From the NCBI RefSeq assembly GCF_021028975.2, contig NC_059426.1:118420001-118484000 (forward strand): a stretch of 64,000 bases of DNA, given 5' to 3'. The position numbers were made by a program, and so were the translations under genes. Positions 1 through 13,401 of this stretch are shown one piece after another. Numbering within the stretch: the first letter of the stretch is position 1; each line of letters opens with the position of its first letter. Below the pieces are notes generated by a model. It ran no database searches and was not told where the DNA came from. It was given only the letters and a program-made list of their open reading frames with translations. This DNA comes from Sphaerodactylus townsendi (Eukaryota).

Positions 1-1611
1 GATAGTTCCGAAGAACCCAAAAGTTTTTTTAAAAAAACAACCAAAAAAACCTCTGCAATTCTAGAGGCAATTCTGACCCCTATGTAGCGCCAGGTCAGTT
101 ATTCACTACATATTCTGCAGATAAGATATCATTGGCAATTTTTTAAGGGAGGTATCTTAGTTTCAGATTGGTGTCACCCATCAAGGGACCTGTGTATTTT
201 GTCTGGTGTTAGAGAGACATTTTCAGTACTGGTGACTTGATTTGCAGTGGGAGAATTCTGTTTATTATTTCTTCCTGACACTATCTTCATATAAATCAGC
301 ATTCTGCCAAGAATTCTGACAAGACCTTTGTTAATGACCAGTGTTACCTAAATTAATCTGGTCTGTTCCCTTTTGGTTGGAGAATTAGTTGAGAACAGAC
401 CTGCAATGCAAGAGGAGGGTAATTTGGGTAATCTGCTCCTGGGTATAGAGTTCACATGAAGAAATCCACTAAAAAATCAGAATTGAAGGAGGAGGGTTAC
501 AATGTTATTTAAGGATTAAAAACAGTAAACAAACACACACAAGTTGTAAACACACACAAAGAGTTTTAAGGACCGTAATAAAATACAGATATGAGCAATA
601 GGGATAGATTGGAGGTGGGGGTTATTTTTTCCATTGCAGAAGTGAAGAGGAGCAAGAGGCAGGGACCTACATTGCTCATAGGCACAAGGAGGACATCCAA
701 ATGTAGTTTACCATTGATCTTGGGGTTCATTTATAGGAAAAATTGACCTTATGGCAAGGATAAGAGGAGCAGTCTTCCTAGAACAAAGCAGAGTTCTGTT
801 CCCAGGCACAGACAATGGTATGGAAAAAGGCTTGATTGGATTAAGACTTGACGGTGCCCAACTCTTGATGAGTTTTGAACTATGCTAACGAAATTAAAAT
901 CAGGGGCATTCCAAGTCTGAATGAACTTGGGTTGCTAAAACAAAACCACTCTGGAAGGTTGATGGAGCCTTACTGAATAAATAGGAGGTTTAAGATTAAA
1001 TAAACGTTTGGGAGAAAGGGTGCAAGGTGGTTTAGTCAGTTTGCTGATGAAATCAGGATGTGAGCATTTGCCAGTCTGTTGTGAGGTTGGAGATGGGTGT
1101 GCCTTCTCAAGGCTGTCCTGTTATCCAGATTTGAGTGGCTAAGCCTTCAGGGAAGGCATTGTTTGCCCCCTTTATTTTATTTGTATAGTACCCAGTTGAT
1201 TCTGTAAAATTGAAAGCTTGGACACCGGCTTGTGTTTTGATTGGTTCTGATTAAAAGGTATTATGTGGGTTTTGTTCTTGAAATTGATTGCTTTTTTTCT
1301 GAAAAATTATATATACGTCTTTCTTTCCCAGTCCGTCATAGTAAGACTGGTGGAGTTTAGTTTGCTACAGCTTCGGTTGTTACTGTGTAGCACTTTCATG
1401 TAGTGGGGAACTGAAAAAAATGCAAACTTTGCTGGAACCCCTACTTAGGGAGAATTTGGTTCTCTCTGATTATGATTTTGACACATGGCCATTTTGTAGG
1501 GCTTCACTATATTGCTGCCTGGTGCAATTCTGGTTTCCCAGCTGCACATAATTCAGATGCTATCTATGTAGTGCTCTTGTCTTCATTACCACACCAGTAA
1601 TGTGGTAATTT

Positions 1612-2040
1612 TGTTGCTCTAGAAGCAACAGAGGCTGGCTACCCGCTCCAGGCGGGGGAGGACAGGGAAGAATGCCAGGAGGCGAGAGGTAAATGAATAA
1701 ACAAGATTTTATTCAGAGTAACAAGACAAGTAGCAGTGGGGAGGAGCTCGGTGTTATAGATCTAGAGACCCCTTTATATAGGGAAATCCATGGGGAGGGA
1801 ATTTACAGCCAGTGCATCATAAAACATCATCAAACAGTGCAAAGTACATAAACATCCTTTGTTATCAGTTGGCACTGTCGTCATCACGGTTTCGAAATCT
1901 TAAATAACAGTTTGGTTGCACATTTGACTTATCTATTGGTACAAATTGTCAGAATGTCAAGAGAAGCTGTTTACGCTGGAATCCTTTAACAGAGATATAA
2001 AGTTACCCAGGTCTTAGAATAACATATTTTAGAACTTACA
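1612..2040 (-). mobile_element. Solo LTR (ERV/gypsy-like), 429 bp
   Basis: TG...CA ends; 4-bp TSD ATTT at 1608-1611 and 2041-2044; minus-strand TATATAAA (1773-1780) upstream of AATAAA (1708-1713). Confidence 0.7.
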
Positions 2041-3451
2041 ATTTAGCACTTAATTCATTTTGTTCTAAAAGCAAATTTCTTCGGCACATAAAGATAGCCT
2101 AAGGGTATTTCTTGTGTAAATGTTGTTTTTGGTGTTTTATGTCTCTCCTAGCAGAGACTTGTGAAGAGGGTGTGATTCTGAACCATGACATCTGTATGCC
2201 TGCCATCTCCCAACCAAAGAAATCACATAACTTTAATACACTGATTTGCAGCAGGTTGAAATAACTGAAAACTAACTTTACCTAGCATATAATATTGAAT
2301 AAAACTACAAGTGCAACATAAAAATACATGGAAGAAACCAACTTTTCTAATGGCTGCAATTATAAGGAAACGTTACAACTGTGTGTTTCTTCTGTGTTCC
2401 AAAACACTCTTTCTATCTTTGAAGGCAGAAAATAACATCAAAAATATCAAACGTTCTGTTTTCTTGTTAAGTAAAACTTGCTTAATGATGTAATTCCTTC
2501 TACAGTTGTAACTGTGGGAGGGCGGCGTTTGGCAATGTCTCTTGCTTTCACTAACAGAAAAAACTGGTCAAGCACAAAGGCTTCTGAGTTCTTAATATCT
2601 ATTTGATTATGAATATCTAGAGCCTAAAAATTAGTCAAACTAGGCCCGGCACTACAATTTGATAATATTATCTTTCAATATTGAAGCAGAAAGTATGAAC
2701 CAGGCTGAACTGCTAAGAGGGAGTCAGGAACTCATGGGACAAAATTCCAGCTTCCGCCCACCCCACATGCCTAGAAGATATGGAACTAGGCAAGTTGTGT
2801 GATGTGTTTCCATAAGATGTTTGGTTTGGGTTTGGATAGGGAAAGGTGAGAGAGAATTTTTCTGGTGGATCAGCTGTAGATCACAGCATTCCTGAAAACT
2901 GATAACTTCATGGGCTTAGGTCCTTCATACGTCTTAATGCCTGCAAAGAGGGACACTTGTTCCAATCCCCCCCCCCCAATCTGCTTCAGGGTAGAGGGAA
3001 CTCTAAGAATCACTTGTGGCGGGGGAAGTCAGAGGAAGAAAAAATTGCCTCTGCTCTTATGCTTGTAGAAATCTTGGTCAGATCCAAGCCATTGTATCAG
3101 CTTCTTTAAACAGAATGCCTTCTGTTTCTTACAGTAGTCACACCTGCATAGTATTAGCTGCACCCATCTTGAGGCTGGTTATGTTTAAAGTGTGGAAGGA
3201 ATTCACTGCAGTCTAAAAGATAACTGTGTAGATTTTAGCTCATAGCAGTTGGAGAACTGGATGTGTCTTTGTCTGGCTTATTAACACATCCTGTCTTCAG
3301 TAAGTGATCCATCCCCCCCCCCCTTCCCCCCAAAGCCTGAAGCTTTCTGTAGAGAAAACAACATATTGAGTCTCTGACAGCACAATTTGTGAACTGGCTG
3401 CATGTTACTGAAGCTTTTCCTCTTCTGTCCATATTATCAATTAATTTTCAG

Positions 3452-3511
3452 GTCATGTTGGAAGGCAAAAACATTGAAGAAGGCTTCGGAATTGCATTCA
3501 GAGTCCTACAG
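3452..3511 (+). CDS. ZFYVE26: ZFYVE26 coding exon (VMLEGKNIEEGFGIAFRVLQ)
   Basis: ttttcag|...CAG|gtacat; 60 bp; not in ORF track. Confidence 0.9.
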
Positions 3512-4858
3512 GTACATTAAACCTAGGAGGATACTAGAAATGTTATATCCCACAATTATGTATTTGAATATAAATGTTTTGCTCTTGAAAATGCCACCAA
3601 ACAGGTAAGGAAGGCTAACTGATGCTGGGTTCTTGCCAAGCACAGTTGTCTATATCCATAAAAATTTGAATTGTCTGTTTTTTGTTCATGTTTCTCAGAG
3701 TGATTTCAAAGACAAGAAATTAACACTTCATTTAAAAATTAGAATGGCCCATTCTTCAGTAATTTTACAGTAATTTTGTTTTAAGACCTTAATTTCTAAT
3801 TCCTCAACCAGCTTTGTTGAAATCAAGGTGTTTGGAGTAGTGAGAAAGCTGCTTATCATAAATGGTTGCCTGTCCAAAATGGGGGGAGCTGCCAAGGAGA
3901 GGAAATGGAGATGCCTTGGCCATAATTTCTGTTTCAGAGCAGTTACCCTAGATAGAACATATTTTATTTTCTTCTTTGTTTTGTTTGTTTCTGTTTTGAA
4001 CAGTCCACTAGGGATAGTATGCAAATCATGCAAAAATTCATCAAAATCTAAAAATCAGGATGTATGTTTATTTTGTGAGCCATTTTCTACATCTGGTTTA
4101 GGCTGAGATAAAACTGTAATCAGTACAACTAAATCAATCTTGTAGCCTGACACTGCTGTTTATTCAGAAAAAAAAGGGTCTCTGACTATGCGGTGGAGTA
4201 CATTTGTTTCATGCAAATACAACCTTTGGCATTGTCATCCATTGGGGAGAAAGGGTATAAATGAAGTACATAAATTAAGACTAACTGTGATTAATGAAAT
4301 AACTTCAAACTATAAGTTTGACTTATCCTACCTAAGTGTAGTTACTGGAATAGCCCACATTTTGATGATCACCAAGATTTTATGTGATTTTTAAACCAAC
4401 CCTATGTGTTCATGAATCTTTTTGTCTTTATTGCTTCTTTGGCTAAAGCTTACAGAGGAAAAAAATCCTGTTCTGTCAGGTTACATGCTGATTTTAGCTG
4501 AATGAGAACTAATCTGTGCAGTGCATGAGGCTATGCTAGGTATTATGGTATCCCTTACTGTAATAATGTCAGATCTCAACGATCTGTAATCTAAGCTAGA
4601 TCCTATAAAGGATTTCTGTAGATGAAGTGTTTTTTGTTCATGGGGCAGAACTACTTTTCCTCTGCCCTCCTACTGCTTATGTGCGTAGAAGCGCCCCTAA
4701 AATGCTACATCTGGAGGATGAGACCACTCTCTGGGACAGCATGAAAGGGCAATTGATGAAAGCATCCTCTTTTCTGTCTGCAACCCCCAAGGTACCTCTG
4801 TTTCGGCAGAATCCAGGTAGTTTTTGATCTTGACAGAGCATCCATTCTCTCATTCTAG

Positions 4859-5041
4859 GACTTCCAGCTGGAGGCTGCTGCTGTGTACAATAAAGTGGCC
4901 CAGCAGCTGTTGAAGCAGCAGAAGTACAGTGAGATCAGGCAGCTCCTTAAATGCATCAAAGAATCGGGAGTTGCTGCTAAAAATGATGGCGACAATGTCA
5001 TCCTGAACTGTCTGGGCGAGCTTGGTGCTATCCCTTCTGAG
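4859..5041 (+). CDS. ZFYVE26: ZFYVE26 coding exon (DFQLEAAAVY...GAIPSE)
   Basis: ttctag| acceptor, |gtaatt donor; 183 bp. Confidence 0.93.
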
Positions 5042-5415
5042 GTAATTCTGCTTTTTTTCGGGGGAGGGAGGATCAGTCACACTTGCTTTTCTTGCTACTA
5101 ATCATGTTTTATGTATTCAGAAAGCAGTGAACAACTACAGGTAATGGCTGAGGAGTAAATTCTTCTGATTTTTGGTAGTGATATTTTCATAGTCCTGGAA
5201 CAATTTTTAACACCCTTTAAAAGGAAAAGCCTAGATTACTATGAATTAGTATTTATCTCAGCTGTATTTTAGTATTTTATCTCAGCTCAAAGTTGAGATT
5301 GGAACATGTTTCCCCCTCATGTCTCTTAGATCACACTCTTTTCTTGTGCAACATGTCAGCAAGCAGGTGAGTGAGGTGCAACACTACCCTGAGGCAAGGG
5401 GGAATGTGTTTTGAC

Positions 5416-6271
5416 TGTGGGAAAACCAACCTTTCCTGTAGAGTTCCTTCACTGCTTCCCAACCCTCTTAAAGGGAGGGGGGGCCTCTCTTCACTGGCCA
5501 CCTCCTAGAATTCACTCAAGAAGGACCACTCAAAAGATGGGCAGGGCAAGACTCACATATCAGGACTTAAGGCAGTAACTTTATTTTAAACCACATTAAA
5601 ACTTTATTCTATGGTCAGCATCTCTTAAAGACATACAGGCTACAGGATTATGATGCAAACTGTATAAAAGAAAAAGAACATAATAGGGAAAACTTACACA
5701 ATGTTTACCCCCTTCATCAGAGATGGTGTAGATGGGTGTATGCCCAGGGTTTTCTTTCAATATACATACAGAGTGAGGGAGAAGCAAATGGAGAACAACT
5801 CCTTTTCAGTTCTCTTCCCTTCAACACATATACACAAATGCATAGAAGACGCTGGACTGTCTGGGTTCTAGAATTCTTGACTGCAGGGGCCTGTCAAAAT
5901 GCAGTAGCTAATTAATCATATTCATATCAGATAATTCATATCAGATAATTCATTATTTTCTGTAGATGCAGGAACGTATGCATCTGGGAGTGATGAGATT
6001 TTTCTAGCCTGTCTCTGTCAGTATTGGTTCATTTCCATAAATGTCAGCCCTTCTCAAGATGAAATGGCTTCACCTCCTGACATCCATGACAGAGAGAACC
6101 CCTGATTCTGCTACTGTGAATAAGGGAATGAGGATGTCAGTGGGCAGTGAGTCAGTGAGCACAGTGAGTCAGTTCCAAGAGCACTGATTGGCTATCACAG
6201 GCTCAGTGAGAATTCCAGTCAGGTTTAAAGGGGATTTCAGGAAATGAGGAAGACTTAGACTATCGATCACA
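5416..6271 (-). mobile_element. Possible LTR-like insertion
   Basis: TG...CA ends and minus-strand AATAAA near 5580; no convincing TSD. Confidence 0.3.
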
Positions 6272-6496
6272 GATGGCCATCAAATCCATGTTGCAGAGTT
6301 CCCATCAAATCCATGTTGCAGAGTTCAAGCAGCCCTGATCCTAGAACTTTCTAGATCAGACAAAATCACAAGGAGAAGTTATTGAGCCCAGACCATAGTA
6401 AAAATTGCAGGTAGATTTTAGTTGCTGATAGTGGAAAATAAATGCCATGTCTTCATAGCGTACATTTTCAGCTCTGTTTTCCTCTATGGGATACAG

Positions 6497-6541
6497 GAGC
6501 TGGACGATCTGATCCAGGATATGGACAGTGATGAAAACAAG
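6497..6541 (+). CDS. ZFYVE26: ZFYVE26 coding exon (ELDDLIQDMDSDENK)
   Basis: atacag| acceptor, |gtgagt donor; 45 bp. Confidence 0.9.
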
Positions 6542-6750
6542 GTGAGTGAAGCATCGCTGGAAGTGGTGACCCTGAAGGTGAAAGAAACTACCAAGATTGT
6601 TTTGATAATTTCTGTCTAACAACTTTTTTTAGGCCTAACCTGGCACACAATGCATGTCTGTTGTGCATCTTTGAGCATGTCATGATCTGCTTCAGCTCCT
6701 GCACATTCTTAGACATGGAAACCAAAAAATATCTCTTGTTTTTCTTTCAG

Positions 6751-6960
6751 ATCCAAGCATATCTGAGATGCCACAAGCTGCGTTCTGCTTACCTGGTTGC
6801 TGTGAAGCTAGAGAACCCTAGAGCTGTGCAGTTGGTTCAGCATGTACGGCAGTTGGCTGAAGACAGTGGGGAAGATGTGGTGCAGGCAATTTGCACTCAG
6901 TGGCTTTCAGTGCACCAAGCTAAACCAAAAAGCTGGCTTGCTCAGAACACCAGGAAGTGA
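6751..6960 (+). CDS. ZFYVE26: ZFYVE26 last coding exon (IQAYLRCHKLRSAYLVAVK...NTRK*)
   Basis: polypyrimidine tract + cag acceptor; TGA at 6958-6960. Confidence 0.93.
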   Translation: MQAYLRCHKLRSAYLVAVKLENPRAVQLVQHVRQLAEDSGEDVVQAICTQWLSVHQAKPKSWLAQNTRK

Positions 6961-9900
6961 TTACCAGCTGCATGGAGATTGGTTATTCCTGAAAGGAAAG
7001 TTTGGCATCATGCCAAGTGAATGAAATGTTGGCTGACAGCAAGGCAGAGAGGCGCTGCTCAGATGTTACAAGTGAAAGGGACGAGACTGATTTCCTTAAA
7101 GTGCCATTTTGTCTTAGTGACGACCAACCACTGCTACCTCAGGGTGTTCTTGCTGTGTTAAGTATGAAAAGGCAAGACTGAATTATTAACAGTGAGATCC
7201 TTTTATTACTACAAAGGCATTTGTTTACCCAGGCCATTAATTTTATTAACCTAAAAACCTATACTGGATCAGCTTTAATTTGGAGCCTAATTTTCTGCAG
7301 TTGTTTAAAGACAAAGTTGTCACAGGAAACCCCCGACCAAAACATCTCTCCCTTATTACCTTTTATGTTTAGAAATGGATTTTACTGTTATCGATTCCTC
7401 CTAAATATGAATACAGTATGTGTGGTTTCTGAAATACGTGTTGAGAGGCAAAGGGGAGCTATTACATCACAGGACTTTTCTCTCTGCTGTGCTGCTGTTG
7501 GCAAAAACTTACAAGATCTTATTTGGCATTGTGTTGGGAAAGATGAGAAATGTGCTGAGATGTTTTTCTTGGAACATGTTCCTGGGGCTAGTTGACAAGG
7601 TAGCCTGACCTCAGGAAGTTTTCAGCTTCTTTTTGTCTTCATGTGTTCCTTTTAGTTTTCTTGGGTGATCTGTATCTTGCATGCATCAGCTGTCTATCTC
7701 ATTTTCCAGAGGCTGATTGATTTGATTTTCAGAACCTAATGATAGACCTGGTAAAGGAATTCCTAGGAAGGAGCTTAGTCCTTTGACTGGATTTTTTGCT
7801 TGTGACATAGTGCCTTTGTAACCCATTAGACGACTGAAAGGAATTATATTTGATTTTGGCTGTAATCAGCTTTCATCTGGCATCTTTTCTGTAGTGTTTT
7901 TGGGGAAATATCCTCAAGACTTGAATAGAAGAGTTTTGAAAGGGTAGACTGCCTCTCATTCTTGCCTGTTCAAGAAAATCTTGTGCAATAGTGAACTTTA
8001 GTACTGATGTCTCTTAGTCGGGTATTGTTTTGGGCAGAGGGGCCAATTCTGCGTGCTTTATCATAGGAGCAACACCATCCTCCCATTTGTATTAACTGAG
8101 AGAAGCATCTAGTTAAGGAGGATTGGATTTGAATTCTTCAACTTTTTATGGAAACCTACAAAGTGTAGGTTATACCTTCTAGATCTGTTTGGTAGATCTT
8201 GTAATTTATGCTTCAAATCAATTTCATAACGTTTGGCGAATTGTTATTTCTACTTGCCATGTAGGAGCTAACCACGTGGCTGTTTCTGCAGTGGTTGCTC
8301 TCTGTGTCTTTGAGAGAAAAGTTTACTTCATGTGTTGCCAGAGGTTCTGCTAGTGTTTTCAGATAAGGAACTGACATTGGCTGGCTTGTGCAGCTGCCAG
8401 TGCAGAACCTGTGATTCGTGAGGTGTTTCCCATTTTCCCCTTGTTTACTCACTTGCCGTGGCTGCCAATAGACAAGCGCATAAGTCATAACAGACCTGTG
8501 ATCATGTGCAGCAGCCTGGTTTGACTTACACACAGGGTAAGCTCTTCTGCCTCTGCTAGTATATCCTTCTGGTCTTTGTACTGCTCTTATAACTGCAGCA
8601 TTATGACACTGAAAAAGCCACATGGGGGGGAGGGGAGGTTGTAAATTTTGTCTCTACCATTGTGGAAAATATATTTAACAAAATTTGTGCTGAGTGAACC
8701 ACCCACAAGTTTCAACTGTAGCATTCAAGGGTTAAAGTAGACTTAGTAATTCACTTAGATGAAATGAAAACAGGACGAGGGGGGAATGTAGATTATGCTG
8801 AGCAGTTATGGGAATGAACTAGTAACGTAGCCTGAGATTAGCTTTGGAAATGGCTGTTGCTCATTCCCAAGTAGCAAAGTGATCCTTCAAGCAACTGTTA
8901 ATCCTAGAGGTTGCTGCAAGCAGAAACTGTCAGTGAAAGCCATACTATCCTGTTGTGTCCATGTAATAGCGGGTGTAGTGTGGCACTCCTATTGCCATCT
9001 GAGATAGGAAGCAGAGAAAATAAAAATAGTGAATAGAGTGTGGAAGAGAGGCTTGCTGTCAAATTTGCAATCTGTTTTGGCCTGCTGCCCTTCTCATTTG
9101 TTCCTAAATTTGCCTCAACAATGGTATAGTCAAGAGTGTAATGGGGCTGGTTTGGAATTGACTTCATTTTAAATTTAAGTAACTGAAAGTGTCTGGCAGC
9201 TACCCTTCAGATTTGATTAAAATGTTCTTTCTGATCAACTGGTAAAAAGAAGCCTAACTAGTTATCCGGTCTGTCCTGCAAAATTCTGGTTTGCAGGTGA
9301 AGCTAGTGCTATTAACAGGAGGACAAACTAACTGCCAAACACTAATGCACAATCTGTCCATTGTGTTCACTGCAGTTGAGGCAGTTCAGAACTTTTAATT
9401 CTGTGTGTGCGTTTTGTCCTCAATCACTTAGCTCATAAGTGCTGTCACAGACACAAACCTTGGAGATGCCTAGCTCATTACATGTGCGGCTCAGAAATAG
9501 CTAACCTTAAGTAGCTAAAGATGTCTGCTTTTAGCTTCCGTGTTCTCCCCGCACCTAGAATCCGAAGCTTATCTCATTACAGCTCACAAAAGCTGCTTTC
9601 GTTGTCTGTCAGACTTAGACAGGCTAGTCTGAGCACTAGAAGGGAAAGCACCACTTCCATAGATGAAATCCCATATGCTTATTACCCACTTGTGTTCCAT
9701 TCTTTTTGAGCTTCCCTCAAACACACACACGCCTTTCGCAGAGGGAGACAATAGAAACCTTCTCATAGAAGAGCCTGCCTTGTGTGTGGCATTTCCTTTT
9801 GCACTATACTTTATGCACTTTACATCCTAAGTATTTTTGTCACCAGCAGAACCTGCGCCTGGGAGTTGACTTGTATTTTCAAATACAGTCATGAGTTTGG

Positions 9901-9970
9901 AAACCTCTGAATGAACAAATTAGTTATACTTCTAAGAAGAGATCATGAATTTCTGTGTAAAGTAAGCAAA

Positions 9971-9982
9971 AATAAAAATAAA
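9971..9982 (+). terminator. Candidate ZFYVE26 polyadenylation signals (tandem AATAAA), implying a ~3 kb 3' UTR
   Basis: AATAAAAATAAA followed by a GT/T-rich tract. Confidence 0.5.
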
Positions 9983-10104
9983 ACCAACTTGGTGTCCTTT
10001 TCAGTGTTACTTCAACCTTGATATGTTGGAAGTTCACTCTTAGTTAAGTAACTTGTGCTAAAGTAAAAGTTTTAGTATGTCACACAAAAAGAACAATGAG
10101 TTGC

Positions 10105-10470
10105 TTTTTATTTATTTTATATTTTTATTTGTTTATTTATTGGCCGCCCTCCCTCGAAGGGCTCAGGGCAGCGCACAACATAATGTATTAATACATAACA
10201 ATAGTATTAAAACCTATACAATACAATGTATTAAAATAAAGCCAAAATAAGACTCAGATGGCAATAAAACCCCACCCCCTCCCCACTGAAGGCTGGGACG
10301 ATGGAATCACACTCAGCCCCAAATGCCTGGTGGAACAGGTCCATTTTGCAGGCCCTGCAGAAACTCAACAAGTCCCACAGGGCCCTGGTCTCTCTAGGGA
10401 GCCTGTTCCACCAGAGTGGGGCCAGGACCATAAAGGCCCTGGCCCTAGTAGAGGCCAGCTGGACATGTTT
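10105..10470 (-). mobile_element. L2 LINE 3' end fragment
   Basis: Minus ORF VLAPLWWNRLP...FCRACKMDLFHQAF resembles L2 ORF2 C-terminus; (ATAA)n-type tail at 10105-10141. Confidence 0.7.
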
Positions 10471-11267
10471 TGGGCTGTATGCATTGCATATGTAACCAAG
10501 AACAGACTAGTCAAGTGAAAAAAGATCCCTATAAGCTAGTCACCCTCATTGCTCCCCAAGTATTGTTTATATGGCCCCTTATACCTCTTCTAGTAAGGAA
10601 GTACACCCTACATAGTCTTCGTACATCTGGAGAGGGTGCAGAGTTCAAACTTGTCTTCCTTTAGTTTAAAAAGTTGGTTTCAAATACTTTCTGTGTTAGT
10701 ATTGGAGCAGAAAGTTTATATGAAGCTTCTTCCCAAGATGGCATGTGTTTTAGTAACACTGCACTCAGAGCCTTCTGCTCAGATTCTAACTATTAGATTT
10801 CAAAATTAGACTAGCTCAGAGATATGCTCTGAATTGTCCAGAAGTGAAGTTGAAGTAGCTTCATCAGCTAAGGAAACGCTTTGCTTTCAGCTGAAAAGGT
10901 TTCAGCACCACTTTAGAGTCTCCACTAAATTAGAGGAGTCCTGGCTTCATAAATGGTCATAAACTACAGTTGGCAGGGGTACACAAGCAAGTGGTCCTTG
11001 CTCCTCCTGCCATGTTTGCCCATCCAGTTATAAAAACGTAGCATAACTATTGCCAAGTGAGAAAATGCATTAATCTTGTTACACAATTGAAGTGTGTATG
11101 AAACTAGCTTTAGAATAGTCTCTTGTCTCCATTTTGAACCTCATATAATTACACCTTAAATTTTGGTTGCATTATATGACAGTGTTGGGTTTTTGAATTC
11201 CTGTTTTCAAAAAACAACAACCCAATTTGCTGGAAATGTATAACTTCAGCAAAAGATTGTTCATAGT

Positions 11268-11370
11268 TCAGTCCCACTCGATGCATAGGAGTTCACAGCT
11301 GATTTTCCAAAGTTTCTTTGATGTTTTTTCATCACGGCCTTGAGCTGAGACATATGCTGGTTTACAGTCA
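11268..11370 (-). CDS. RDH12: RDH12 last coding exon (DCKPAYVS...CIEWD*)
   Basis: acag acceptor; TGA at 11268-11270. Confidence 0.9.
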
Positions 11371-11449
11371 CTGTTGTATAAAGGACAATGTTTAACGATT
11401 AGTATAAAATTGGGCTTAGCAAAAATCAGAGTGACAATTAGACCCTTTC

Positions 11450-11694
11450 TCCATGATACATTATATCCCCCCCCAAAAAAATTTCTCTCCTGCAAGGAGA
11501 CGCAAAGGAGCTTACGATCTCTTTTCCCTTCCCCCCACCCCCCAAACACCCTGTGAGGTAGGTGGGGCTGAGAGTTCCGAAGAACTGTGATTAGCTCAAG
11601 GTCACCCAGCTGGCATGTGTTGGAGTGCACAAACTAATCTGGTTCCCAGATTAGAATGTGTATCTGCTTTTAACCACTACACCACGCTGGCTCT
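11450..11694 (-). mobile_element. tRNA-derived SINE (squamate MIR/Squam-like)
   Basis: Minus strand starts AGAGCCAGCGTGGTGTAGTGGTTAA (A-box head); core ctgggtgaccttg; related copies at ~17420-17700, 31310-31520, 44230-44450. Confidence 0.65.
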
Positions 11695-11729
11695 TACAAG
11701 ACCTCTTGCAAGAAGATTTGTGCTTCCAG

Positions 11730-12390
11730 GAACAAAGGACACAGTGTTGCTGTTATTACTCGATCTGACAGCAGCATTTGACATGGTCAGCCATGAAATT
11801 CTGGCCCACCGCCTTGCCAATATTGGGTGTGTGGGACAGCCTTGCAGTGGCTAGTGTCATTTCTCCAAGGTCAAGGTGCAAGGGGTGAGGGTGTCACCAT
11901 GGCTCTCTTTAGTATATAGAGTCCCTCAAGGGGCTGTCCTCTCCCCAATGTTATTCATCATCTATATGCACTCCTTTGCCCAGCTAGTCCAGATTTTGGG
12001 GCTGGATTGCCATCTACATATTGATGACACCTAACTAAAACTGCTGATGGGCAGCCAGCCGGATACCATCCTAGAGGTTGTGGCAAGATACTAAATCCAT
12101 CAAGCTGGAGGTTCTGTGGCTGGGCTGGGGAGACTTGGGATCAGAGTGCCAACTCCCCACTCTTGATGGGGTGCAGTTAACACCTGTATAAACACTCTGG
12201 GGTGATTGTAGATGCCTCCTTATCAAATGAAGGGACAGGTCACAAATGTTGTCAGGGTGTCATTTTTTCACCGTTACCAAATCTGGCAACTTATCTTGCC
12301 CTGACCTAGCCATGATGACCCATGCAATGGCCCTCTCCAGGCTAGACCACTGTCTGTGCAGGGCTACCCTTGAGGCTTCGGAAACTGTAA
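11730..12390 (+). mobile_element. Degenerate L2 LINE reverse-transcriptase fragment
   Basis: LLLLDLTAAFDMVSH and VPQGAVLSPMLF motifs plus IDDT remnant, with stops/frameshifts. Confidence 0.8.
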
Positions 12391-12569
12391 TTAACTCATC
12401 CTTACAGAAGGCTGTAATTAACTCATCCTTTTTAACTGGTATCCCAAGGCTCTTTTCTAGGTCTGGTGGCTGCAAGACCAGACCAGAAAGGATCGTAAGT
12501 GTATTTTAAGTGATTCCCCTTTTCCCAAAAGATCCAACTTGAACCAGTACATTCCAATAAATGACCTAC

Positions 12570-12759
12570 CTGAAATACTTCCCACTCACTGACTCCAGCT
12601 CCTCTGCTACTGCACAATACACACTGGTCTGGGCTCCTTCTTCTGGTGTCTTCAAAAAGAAAGGTATATTCCTCCAGATAGTATAAATTGTAGATGTTTG
12701 ACGGGGCAATTCAGTCAGTACAGAGCCTGGATGCACAGCATTTACAGTGACTCCAGTGC
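12570..12759 (-). CDS. RDH12: RDH12 coding exon 6 (TGVTVNAVHPG...SGKYF)
   Basis: 190 bp, ag/gt flanks. Confidence 0.92.
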
Positions 12760-13401
12760 CTACCGAAAAGAAATCATGCACTTAGCTGAAGACATACTGA
12801 AAATGTCAATCTATTCTAAAGTTTCTTAATGTACAATGGTGCAAGTAAGTAAGTACTTGGAGAATAAGAATCCTACCACAAATTATATCTTTCATATGTT
12901 TTCATAGAGTATTATTTAAATATACGCTACAATACTAAGTTTTACACTGTGAAGACAAATGAACACTTTCTATGGAACTGAGACTAGTCCTGACTCCATG
13001 TGGCAGTTGTACACAGTAGAAAACTCATCTGTTGCCGTATAGAACAGGCATTATACCCATTCACAGTTTTACTGCTAGACCTTTTACCCAAAGGGACAGA
13101 CTGCTAAGGTTTACCCCCACCTTTTCAAATGAGCAGTGTTAGCCTTTCCTCCTTTATTTATATGTCAAATTCAAGTATATTTAGTGGGATTTGTTTCCAA
13201 GGAGGTGTGCCTAGGCTTACAGCTTTTAGAGTTCCAAGGTCTTGCTTTAAAAAAAAATCCAAAACCTTCCACAAACACCCTTAGCATTTGTGCTATTGAA
13301 ACAATGGTATGACTGCGGCTTTTAAAGTATCCCCAGTTTTCTACACAGCAAGACAGATGAGGCTGTTATTTACACAACACTACCGACAATAGGCTGCTGA
13401 C

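Larger units (their letters stand above)
3452..6960 (+). other. ZFYVE26: ZFYVE26 (spastizin/SPG15), 3' part of gene; CDS join(3452..3511,4859..5041,6497..6541,6751..6960); 5' part lies upstream of the window
   Basis: Four GT-AG phase-0 exons translate to the spastizin C-terminus; synteny with RDH12-VTI1B-ARG2-PIGH. Confidence 0.93.

Noticed and set aside
340-1170. Possible further LTR-like segment
   Set aside because: Boundaries and TSD could not be defined
7221-8623. ORFs of 124 and 136 aa downstream of the ZFYVE26 stop
   Set aside because: No recognisable domain or splice structure; within the presumed 3' UTR
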